Below are positions 39,851 through 47,895 of a stretch of DNA of 64,000 nucleotides, piece by piece. The DNA is from a virus. The notes beneath the pieces are model-generated. The model was not told where the DNA came from. It did not search any database and saw only the letters and a program-made list of their open reading frames with translations. Location of the stretch: the IMG/VR virus record IMGVR_UViG_3300007616_000002, positions 1 to 64,000 of that record; one strand, 5' to 3'. How positions within the stretch are numbered: the first letter of the stretch is position 1; each line of letters starts with the position of its first letter. The position numbers and the translations under genes are program-made.

Positions 39851-39924
39851 GGCCGCGTTGGGGTAGTGGCCTATCCTTCCGCCCTGTGGCGGCGGAGACC
39901 CTCGTTCAAATCGGGGGCGCGGCC
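39851..39924 (+). tRNA. tRNA-His(GTG)
   Basis: Loop CTGTGGC; encoded G-1 and C73. Confidence 0.93.
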
Positions 39925-39929
39925 CTTCT

Positions 39930-40002
39930 GCGGGGTTGGTGTAGTCTGGTATCACAGCGGCCTTCCAAGCCGCTGACCCGTGTTCAAATCACGGACCCCG
40001 CA
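39930..40002 (+). tRNA. tRNA-Gly(TCC)
   Basis: Cloverleaf, loop CTTCCAA. Confidence 0.93.
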
Positions 40003-40441
40003 CTAAAAATTTACAACGTTCCGAGTCACAGAAGATTTAAGTGGCCCCCGAATAATTGAATAGATGAATGCAGACCTCCGACTTGTATGTTTGGCCACAT
40101 GGAACCCGCTATCACACAGAAGAATATTGTCGATTCGCACGCGGCACACTCGTCAGAACAGAGTTTTGTTCAATCTCCGACGAGTATAGACCGTGCCTTT
40201 GTTCCGCGTGACCAAAAGATTTAAGTACTACCCGTTCAAATCCTTTATAAGATGGCAAAGTGTCTGGAATGCGTGCCCGAGACGGTGCGTATGTATTCTT
40301 CGAAACAGCGGACCCCGATGAGTTGTTCTGAGTGTGGGAAACGGCCGGCTTACTGGTGGCAACCAGCAAATAAGAAAATTCACTTCAAGTAGCTTACCAA
40401 AAGATTTAAATACCACCCGTTCATTTGTTGGAACACGAAGT

Positions 40442-40515
40442 GCCGGGGAGGCCCCCGTGGTGGGGGTGACTCGCTGTTAACGAGACTGTGACAGGTTCGA
40501 CTCCTGTTCCCGGCG
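40442..40515 (+). tRNA. tRNA-Asn(GTT)
   Basis: Loop CTGTTAA, G73; unusual extended D stem. Confidence 0.85.
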
Positions 40516-40516
40516 T

Positions 40517-40590
40517 ACAACGTTGACAACTACTGGCAATGGGGCCAAGGCGAAAGATATGGTCTGGTGGTTCGATTCCACCCGCGTTGT
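40517..40590 (+). ncRNA. degenerate tRNA-like element
   Basis: ACAACGT/GCGTTGT acceptor and T arm GGTGG-TTCGATT-CCACC; no canonical D or anticodon arm. Confidence 0.55.
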
Positions 40591-40600
40591 CTCGCACATA

Positions 40601-40895
40601 GAACCGTCATACCCTGCCGCTACCCCATGATGGGATGTTGGGTTGGTCATACCCCCTGCGTGTGACGTAAAAAACCACATTACCCGATGACAAATCATGG
40701 AACTGAGTCGCCTTTCGGCCAGTATAAACATATACTCGTCTGTAGCCCCCGAGAGGGAGTGTCCGAACGTGAGGTGGAGTAAGCCCACGTCCCTGCCGAC
40801 ACAGGGACTTCTCCACGGTAGGATGGTTTCACGGGCGAGTGGGCGAGAGGGCGCTAAGGTTTGCGACACTCGTCGGTTATTGTGGCACCTGTTCT
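40601..40895 (+). ncRNA. large unassigned structured RNA
   Basis: Long-range pairing GAACCGTC..CCTGCCG / CGGTAGGATGGTTTC; GTGGAG/CTCCAC; GTCCCTG/CAGGGAC. Confidence 0.5.
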
Positions 40896-40898
40896 GGT

Positions 40899-40972
40899 GC
40901 CAGTGGAGCTTGGGTGGTTCAAGCAGTCCCCTTGTAAGGGACAGTTCGCCGGTTCAAATCCGGCCACTGGCT
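40899..40972 (+). tRNA. tRNA-Thr(TGT)
   Basis: Loop CTTGTAA, T73. Confidence 0.92.
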
Positions 40973-40978
40973 TCTTTG

Positions 40979-41353
40979 ATGAGTGAGTCCGTTACATTCT
41001 ATACGTATCGAGCACGAGCACGACGAGTTATCGATGGAGACACGCTAGAGGTTCTCATTGACCAAGGTTTCAACGACTACACAGTAAAGAAGCTCCGTCT
41101 TGGCGGTGTGGACACGGCAGAGATATTTGGCGTCTCGAAAGACACCGAGGAGTATCAACTCGGGATGGAGCAAAAAGAGTTCACTGCCGACTTCGTTGAG
41201 GTTGATGAGCACGGAGAAGAGGAGTTCCCGCTCTCTGTCCGGACCTCTGGAAAGGGGAAGTACGGCCGATGGGTAGCACGTGTGTGGAAGGATTCGGAGT
41301 GCCTGAACGAGTCGTTGGTTGAGGAGTGGCCCGATTCAAAGTCCGAGTACTGA
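40979..41353 (+). CDS. thermonuclease (SNase-like)
   Basis: RVIDGDTL, LRLGGVDTAE, GKYGRWVA. Confidence 0.88.
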   Translation: MSESVTFYTYRARARRVIDGDTLEVLIDQGFNDYTVKKLRLGGVDTAEIFGVSKDTEEYQLGMEQKEFTADFVEVDEHGEEEFPLSVRTSGKGKYGRWVARVWKDSECLNESLVEEWPDSKSEY

Positions 41354-41661
41354 TATACAGCTTGGTGAAACTGAAGCTAATCGCCAGACGGCGGCTTTCC
41401 GTGCAAAGCCCCTTGTCGTTATGATGGGGCTAGTGACACCACATGTGGATAGGCCATCCATCCGCCGTCACTTGGGAGAATCTGGCCCTTCCTGCTGTAC
41501 TGCAACCGCTGAACCGCTACTGCACACCCACTACCGCACCAGCCCCGCCGTTAACTTTATTACTAATACCTTCAAAACAGTCCATTAAGTGAGGTTCCTA
41601 GAGCGAACGAACGAGTCGTAGACGAGTGAGTGAGCGTGGAACCGAACGACGAAAAGAACAG

Positions 41662-42108
41662 CTAGCCTAGAGACGCGGCTTCCCGGGCGAGCAACTCCAT
41701 CTCTTCGGAAGTAAACTCCACACGAGAGGGACGCCCGGGAGTCTCCACAACACCTCTATCTCTGAGGCTCTTCATATGATGCTGTACGGTTCGCTGTGAA
41801 ACGTCACACTGCTCGGCAAGGAGTTTGTACGTCCCGTGGGGCGAACGCTCCACAATCGCTCTCAGGAGCCTCAGACGAGTTCCGTTCTCTTTCCTGTCCT
41901 GTACGCTGTGTGACCACTGCATCAGCCACGTCCACTCCCACATCCATTCCTCGTCGCGTTTCAGTTCCCGTAGCTCTTCGATGGGGTTCTGTGGTTCATC
42001 GACCTCCAGCATCTCCGGACGGACGCGGCCTAACCCCGACGGGTGGCTTACCGACAAGGGGCTTTGCACTGTATCTTCGCTGACATGTTCGGTGTCTTCG
42101 TCTTGCAT
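41662..42108 (-). CDS. winged-HTH DNA-binding protein
   Basis: TYKLLAEQCDVSQRTVQHHMKSLRDRGVVE. Confidence 0.7.
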   Translation of the reverse strand: MQDEDTEHVSEDTVQSPLSVSHPSGLGRVRPEMLEVDEPQNPIEELRELKRDEEWMWEWTWLMQWSHSVQDRKENGTRLRLLRAIVERSPHGTYKLLAEQCDVSQRTVQHHMKSLRDRGVVETPGRPSRVEFTSEEMELLAREAASLG

Positions 42109-42332
42109 GATTCTGACGAAGCCGTTACCTCGTTACAGCGTCGCCACTCTCCGACAAGTTTAAGGGACCCAGCCTCGAAGAAGCAGGTACGGTTCGATAC
42201 CCCCGAACCTCTTCCAGCGTCGTCCCGTTGGGCGAGCAGTTGTCGTCCGGGTGATGGCACACCCGGACACGCTTTCACGAGTTCACATAGCTTCTGCTAA
42301 CGGGTTCTACTCGGTGGGTAATCAAGCTTTCG

Positions 42333-42647
42333 CTAAATACAACCGCTTTCGAAGAACGAGCCGTACATGTATCCTCTCAGTCTCGATATTGTCTCATCGT
42401 CCTCTGTGTAGAGCCGGTCGTGCTCGACGTACTCCGAGTGGTCACACTTCTCGCAGTAATATCCGAGGCCGACGAGTTTTTGTTGACCATGCAGTTTCTC
42501 AAAAACGTACTTGACGCGGACTGAGTGGCGACCTACATCTACTGGATATATCTTTCTCTTGTCGTTCGAGAGCCACCGACTGGTCGACATAACTTCCGAG
42601 TGTCGGTACTCCGGGGTGACTTCTGTCCGGTACGAGTCTATTGCCAC
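42333..42647 (-). CDS. small CxxC protein
   Basis: YYCEKCDH...GYMYGSF..SGC. Confidence 0.6.
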   Translation of the reverse strand: MAIDSYRTEVTPEYRHSEVMSTSRWLSNDKRKIYPVDVGRHSVRVKYVFEKLHGQQKLVGLGYYCEKCDHSEYVEHDRLYTEDDETISRLRGYMYGSFFESGCI

Positions 42648-42657
42648 GAGTTACTAA

Positions 42658-42960
42658 CTAAACCTTCCGCTGTCGAAAGAAATCACTTAGCCGTTCGAGT
42701 GGTTTATTTCGTGCCGCAGACACCATCTCGTTCGCTCGGTCTAGCTCGTGTTGGTCAAATCCATCAAGTCCAAGAACTAGTTGCTTCCGCCAACGTCGAA
42801 GACAAGAAACTTTACCATCACCTTCTGCGTACTCTAGAGAACCGTCTCTAAGCATTACAACGTTTTCTTGCTCGAAAACTTCACGTGTTTTCGGTAACGT
42901 TCCATCGGCACAGACTTCTTGAAGAACAGACCAGTGTCCTTCAACCTTCTGAATTGACAT
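42658..42960 (-). CDS. hypothetical protein
   Basis: ATG just downstream of tRNA-Gln. Confidence 0.55.
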   Translation of the reverse strand: MSIQKVEGHWSVLQEVCADGTLPKTREVFEQENVVMLRDGSLEYAEGDGKVSCLRRWRKQLVLGLDGFDQHELDRANEMVSAARNKPLERLSDFFRQRKV

Positions 42961-42973
42961 AGTGCAAATTAAA

Positions 42974-43048
42974 TCCTCCCGTCCGGACTCGAACCGGAGT
43001 CTTGGCGTCCAAAGCGCCAAAGGATTGGCCAAACTACCCCACGGGAGT
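42974..43048 (-). tRNA. tRNA-Gln(TTG)
   Basis: Reverse-strand cloverleaf, loop CTTTGGA; 1:72 A-G mismatch. Confidence 0.88.
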
Positions 43049-43240
43049 TCATTCTTCCACCTCGACTGAAAGTGTCTTTGTCGTCTCCCACTTGCACTCC
43101 CAGCAAAATGCTGTTACGGATATATTTTCACCGTGCTCAGAAAAGAGAACGAAATTTCTGATAGGACGACCAAGTATCGAACCCTCTTCTGGTGTTAGTG
43201 TAACCGCTCCATCACCGCATTCAGGGCATTTCTCTGGCAT
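43049..43240 (-). CDS. small Zn-finger protein between two tRNAs
   Basis: CPEC...CWEC. Confidence 0.6.
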   Translation of the reverse strand: MPEKCPECGDGAVTLTPEEGSILGRPIRNFVLFSEHGENISVTAFCWECKWETTKTLSVEVEE

Positions 43241-43252
43241 CGTGGGACTGAA

Positions 43253-43324
43253 TGGAGTCGGTAAGATTCGAACTTACGGCATCTCGCTAGCGAAGCGAAC
43301 GCTCTTCCGCTGAACTACGACCCC
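43253..43324 (-). tRNA. tRNA-Ala(CGC)
   Basis: G3:U70 pair, loop TTCGCTA. Confidence 0.9.
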
Positions 43325-43907
43325 GTTCATAAACCCTTTGAATCCGGAGGTACTTAAACCTTTCGGTTGCTTTCACCCACTCAGAAAAGGGTGAACAAAC
43401 ACACGCCGTGCATCGCTCACTGTGTTTACTTTCTCCGTAAAGTTTAAGACCCTCCCGGCTATACGTTAGGGTAGAAACAATGAATCCGGAAGAGTACATT
43501 GTCAAGATGGAAGAAGGCGAAGAACGAACTGTTACCGCAAAGAGTCACGACGTTGCGGGTGGGCACGATTTTGTGTCCTTTTACAACAAGCCCGAGGGCG
43601 GCGAGGTAGTCTACTTGGTCGAGCGGTACCGAGTTCAGGAAATTATCCCTGTCGAGGGAGGCTCTTCTAACGTCGAAGAAGCCCGAGTGTAATGTCTGAG
43701 GACGCTAACATCCTGCCTAACGGGGGTGAAATACACTTCAACGACGGTAGAGATATGCGAGTTGCTGACCGTGTGGTGCTCCTCGACGGCTTCGTGAAGA
43801 CCATCAACAAGAAGACGTACCAGCTAAACGTCTACCCCTCGGAGGTTGTTGAGGGTGTTTACACTCATACGAATCACCTTGAAGACGAGGAGTGGTGGTG
43901 ATTTGAC

Positions 43908-45197
43908 GTGAGTGAAAACTCAGTCTATCTGGCTGGCCCCATCCAACACGCCGACAATCATGGGACGAACTGGCGCGAGGAGATTCAAGAAGTTTATCCT
44001 GACCGATTCGATTGGCTTGACCCGCTGTCGAAGTATGACCCCACCGACCCGAAGGTGGACTTTTACTTCGATGAGGATGACCGAGACGACCTCTATGAAC
44101 TGAAGACCCAGACGGCCGATGATGGCTCAAACAAGTATGTCACACCCACGGACATTGTGGAAGGTGACAAGCTCGTCATCGATGAGGCTGATGCCATTCT
44201 TGTTGGTTGGTCGGTAGAGCAAGATTCAAGAGTAACTGATTCAAAGACTTCTGACATGAAAGTATGTCCTGAATGTGGCGAAGAAAAGAAGCTCTTAGCC
44301 AAACATATTCAAATGAGTGGGTGTTCATGGCCCAAAATTCCTGAACCCGATGTTGAGGCTATTGCGGGGATGGTTCTTGGCGATGGCTCAATTAATAACC
44401 GGGATGGTCTCCCCCGACTTGACATTAGTATGATTTCGGGGAAGTTTTTGGAGCATCTGTATGACCGTTTTGGGGTTTTATCTGCTGGATTGAAGGTTAA
44501 GAAAACGGCCTCGGCTCAAGCAGTATCGCATCGTGAAAGTGGTTTCAATCCGGGCGCAGAGGCGTCGGAATATTCTGACGTGTATCGCTATTGGACAATT
44601 GGGCATCCAGTTTTTGAAGAATTTGCGTCTTGGTATGGACCCAATGGAAAGGAGATTCCAGACGTTTTCAAATTGACACCTGAATCGGCCCGATATTGGT
44701 ATGTATCGGATGGTGGATTAAATTGGAACAAGAAGGCATCTCGGGCGTATGTTCAGATTAGTAGTGTTGTCGGTGCTTCAGACGAACGACTTGAAGAGTT
44801 ATTTGATGAGGTGGGATTCTCTCCCAATGTTGGGAATGGGGCTGTTCAGTTCTCCGTCGAGGAGTCAGAGAAGTTCCTTGATTGGATTGGTGACCCGTTA
44901 CCCAACTTCGAGTATAAATGGGAGTATAAATCGTTCAAGCAGTATGAGCGTGCAAAACCTTTGACCAAAGTTAGCTCAGCGGGGACCCCGATGGAGGTCA
45001 TGTATCAGTACATGTTGAACGAACTTCACCCGCATCGAGAGCACGTCCCCATCGTGGTGTGGTGGATTGATGGTGAATACTCCAACAGCCACCTCTCACC
45101 GTGGATGGAGTATCACGCTGACCGCATAGAGTTCGACCGAGAGGATGCACTCAACACGCTAGAGTTCACACTCGAATCTGACGTGATTGTCGAGTAG
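43908..45197 (+). CDS. nucleoside 2-deoxyribosyltransferase-like protein with an in-frame LAGLIDADG insertion
   Basis: VYLAGPI..WR..DPL..IVEGDKLVIDEADAILV [CPEC, GMVLGDG, WYVSDGG] SSAGTPMEV. Confidence 0.8.
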   Translation: MSENSVYLAGPIQHADNHGTNWREEIQEVYPDRFDWLDPLSKYDPTDPKVDFYFDEDDRDDLYELKTQTADDGSNKYVTPTDIVEGDKLVIDEADAILVGWSVEQDSRVTDSKTSDMKVCPECGEEKKLLAKHIQMSGCSWPKIPEPDVEAIAGMVLGDGSINNRDGLPRLDISMISGKFLEHLYDRFGVLSAGLKVKKTASAQAVSHRESGFNPGAEASEYSDVYRYWTIGHPVFEEFASWYGPNGKEIPDVFKLTPESARYWYVSDGGLNWNKKASRAYVQISSVVGASDERLEELFDEVGFSPNVGNGAVQFSVEESEKFLDWIGDPLPNFEYKWEYKSFKQYERAKPLTKVSSAGTPMEVMYQYMLNELHPHREHVPIVVWWIDGEYSNSHLSPWMEYHADRIEFDREDALNTLEFTLESDVIVE

Positions 45198-45236
45198 TCC
45201 ACTCTTGGTCGATTCGGTGTGAACTATTCTGTTTTC

Positions 45237-45307
45237 GGGCGATTAGTGTAACGGTAAAATTCGAGCCTTGGGTGCTCGGTCTGAAGGTTCGATTCCTTCA
45301 TCGCCCA
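45237..45307 (+). tRNA. tRNA-Pro(TGG)
   Basis: Cloverleaf, loop CTTGGGT. Confidence 0.9.
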
Positions 45308-45354
45308 TTTTCTTATCCGGTACCTTTAATAGATACCCGACGAAAGTATAGGGT

Positions 45355-45726
45355 ATGAGTACGAGCAATAACGAAGACCTTGGACATAAGCTCACTGAGT
45401 TACAGCGAAAGTCTGAACATAGTGACTTTGAACACGTTGGATACATCGTCTGGGTTAAGGACCAAGTAGAAGAAAGTGGGAAGGTAGCTATTAAAGTCCA
45501 GTTCCCTGACGATAGGAGCTACTTTATTAATCATTTCGACTGGCCCGAAGATTGGAATACGGATTCAAAGCTGAAGCGGTTGGTAGAGCATGATAAACTT
45601 CCGTTCGCACCGGGGTCGTTCACGAACGAAGAACTACAGGACGAACCTGTCCCCATCGACCCGAAGCGTAGATGTATAAAGATTCCCAGAAAATCACATG
45701 AGAGGGTTTGTGAGCCGGCCAAGTAA
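45355..45726 (+). CDS. hypothetical protein
   Basis: Leaderless ATG after promoter. Confidence 0.6.
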   Translation: MSTSNNEDLGHKLTELQRKSEHSDFEHVGYIVWVKDQVEESGKVAIKVQFPDDRSYFINHFDWPEDWNTDSKLKRLVEHDKLPFAPGSFTNEELQDEPVPIDPKRRCIKIPRKSHERVCEPAK

Positions 45727-45872
45727 AAGCTGATGAGTGTCCCGTTCGTGGAAGATACTTTCGATAACATCGAAGAGAATGGCATTCTGGACACATTGGT
45801 GGTTCTTGGGGTGAAAGTATACTATCTCATCGTGCTCATGGTGGTATCCATCACTCTTCTCTTGGTGGTTCT

Positions 45873-46250
45873 ATGAGTTCGCTACTCATAGCGACGCTGT
45901 GTTGGGCAATTCCTTCAGTTTTAGCTATTTTATTGATGAATGAAAATTGCAAGGAATGTGAGAATGAACTAAAGACAACCACTTTCTTCGTCTTGTTAGG
46001 GTTCTCTATCTTTGGTGCGGGTATTGTGGGTCCTGTGGAGTCTACTGAAGCGATGGTTGAGCATGAAATTGTTGAAGAGGATTTCTTCGACAAATACCCC
46101 AATGATGAAACTATTTACATTACTAAACAGGGAGCTGTATTCACTGGGTTCTACTGGGCGTTCGGATTATCATTCGTAGTTCTGTCTGCAATTGCAGGTG
46201 ATGCTCTTCATGAGTTCAACATGAGAGTTGAACATCACCGAAAAACTTAA
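45873..46250 (+). CDS. membrane protein
   Basis: Three hydrophobic segments. Confidence 0.6.
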   Translation: MSSLLIATLCWAIPSVLAILLMNENCKECENELKTTTFFVLLGFSIFGAGIVGPVESTEAMVEHEIVEEDFFDKYPNDETIYITKQGAVFTGFYWAFGLSFVVLSAIAGDALHEFNMRVEHHRKT

Positions 46251-46280
46251 ATACCACCCGTCCATAAAGCTTAAGTACTA

Positions 46281-46535
46281 ATGGACGAACAGAAGTCTGA
46301 ATGTAATTCGATTGAGAGCGGAGAGCCACCTGCGGTTACTATCAACTACGGAGTTTTTGAGGTTGCCGTGTACGGGGGTTCAGGTGACTCACTCGAAAAA
46401 GTCGAAGAGGCAACTGAGAGGCGCGTAGAAGAAGCTATGAAGAATATCGAAGAACTCAAGCGAATGGATTACGACCTTAGCGAAGAGTACACAGAAGAGG
46501 ATGACCGAGGACCGACCGGTCGGATGAGTCAGTAG
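46281..46535 (+). CDS. hypothetical protein
   Basis: Promoter plus acidic ORF. Confidence 0.6.
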   Translation: MDEQKSECNSIESGEPPAVTINYGVFEVAVYGGSGDSLEKVEEATERRVEEAMKNIEELKRMDYDLSEEYTEEDDRGPTGRMSQ

Positions 46536-46754
46536 TCAGTCTGCCACCGCGACAGGTAAATTTTCGTTAAGTACTTCTGTCTCTGTATCCCGAACATCGA
46601 CGGGAGGATGGACGAAGAGTGCGTGTCCGACGAGCGCAATTGCGAACAAGGAAAACACACTCACCACCATCGGTGTTGTGAGGATTGCTGTCACCGCTCC
46701 AGCGAGGAGCAGGAAACCTATACCAGCCAATACTTTGTCGTAGTAGTTTGCCAT
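46536..46754 (-). CDS. small two-TM membrane protein of haloarchaeal type
   Basis: YYDKVLAGI...VGHALFVHPP. Confidence 0.65.
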   Translation of the reverse strand: MANYYDKVLAGIGFLLLAGAVTAILTTPMVVSVFSLFAIALVGHALFVHPPVDVRDTETEVLNENLPVAVAD

Positions 46755-47007
46755 TTTTCATCACCTACATTAATAGTTGCACTTACCCCTATTCGTTGGG
46801 GCAAGTAGGTGGCTCGGGTGAAAAAGGACCTCCGAGCCTGACTGTGTGTAAATATGAGTGGGTGGTATATAAGTCTTTCGGTTAAAGTGAGTAATTTTCG
46901 GGTCGGGGAAAAGTTTAAGTACCCCCGGAACATAGCTGTGGGTGCAGGAAGAGAAAAAGGCGGGACCTTTAACAAAGGTAAACACACTTGAGGAAGTGGT
47001 GCTGTGC

Positions 47008-47082
47008 GCGGGTGTGGTCTAGTCCGGTTACGACACTCCCCTTACATGGGAGAGGCCGAAGGTTCAACTCCTTCCACCCGCA
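47008..47082 (+). tRNA. tRNA-Val(TAC)
   Basis: Cloverleaf, loop CTTACAT. Confidence 0.92.
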
Positions 47083-47086
47083 TGAT

Positions 47087-47170
47087 GCCACCGTTGGACA
47101 GTTTGGCCGTCCGTCCGCTTGCTGAGCGGGTATCCTCACGGGTTCCCCGGTTCAAATCCGGGCGGTGGCG
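47087..47170 (+). tRNA. tRNA-Ser(GCT)
   Basis: Loop TTGCTGA, long variable arm, G73. Confidence 0.9.
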
Positions 47171-47462
47171 TAATCAAAAGACTTAAGTGCTACCCGACTC
47201 TCCGTTCACGTATGCAAAAGTTTGTTGTAAAAGTTCGAGAACGTGAGACTGAGATGGTGCGTGCCATGCGAGCTAGTTCGGTTGATGAAGCAAAGCGAGC
47301 CTTCACTGAGGGTGGTATATTCAGCCATCTCGAACTGCTTAGTATCTATGACTTCGGTGATTATGTTGAGAACTTCGAGCAGAAAGTGGAGTACGCCAAT
47401 GGAATGGTCCGATTTGGCGAGCGAGCGTTTCAGGATAAGCGTAACGTTGGTGAGTTCAATTA

Positions 47463-47849
47463 ATGGGCGTCGAGGTATACGTTGCCAGCGACGATGATGA
47501 ACTTCTAGGAAAGCTAAAAGAAAAGTATCCCGAGCAGTCGTTCCTCACCAACGACTCAGACGCGGAAGCTGAGCCGAGTAAGGTTGTTTCAGCCTCTCAC
47601 GAGGTGGTCGAAGAGTCGGATGGTGTTCTTGTTGTCTACGATGGAAGTGAGGATTACATTGCAGATGTGCTGGTTCGGACAGCCTACGAGCACGGAACAC
47701 CGGTAGTCGTCTATAACGACACTGATGAAACCGTTGAACCGTGGTTGGCCTATCACACTCGGTACGTTGATGACCGTATCTCACAGGCAGTTCCGTGTCT
47801 GTTGATGTATGCTGGTGTGTCTGCGGAGCAGGTCGTCAGTAAGGGTTGA
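47463..47849 (+). CDS. degenerate NDT-like protein
   Basis: VVEESDGVLVV...AYEHGTPVVVY...PWLAYH parallels the 43908 protein. Confidence 0.55.
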   Translation: MGVEVYVASDDDELLGKLKEKYPEQSFLTNDSDAEAEPSKVVSASHEVVEESDGVLVVYDGSEDYIADVLVRTAYEHGTPVVVYNDTDETVEPWLAYHTRYVDDRISQAVPCLLMYAGVSAEQVVSKG

Positions 47850-47895
47850 GTGAGGCGTAACATTTAAGACCCATCCGACCATCTTTTTGGTCACG

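Noticed and set aside
39408-40869. ORFs across the tRNA arrays, and the N-terminal extension of 40697-41353
   Set aside because: They overlap tRNAs; the real nuclease start is 40979
44207-44970. BHB intron around the LAGLIDADG insert (TTGGTC/GACCAA pairing)
   Set aside because: The central helix is imperfect and the predicted splice gives a frameshift and stop
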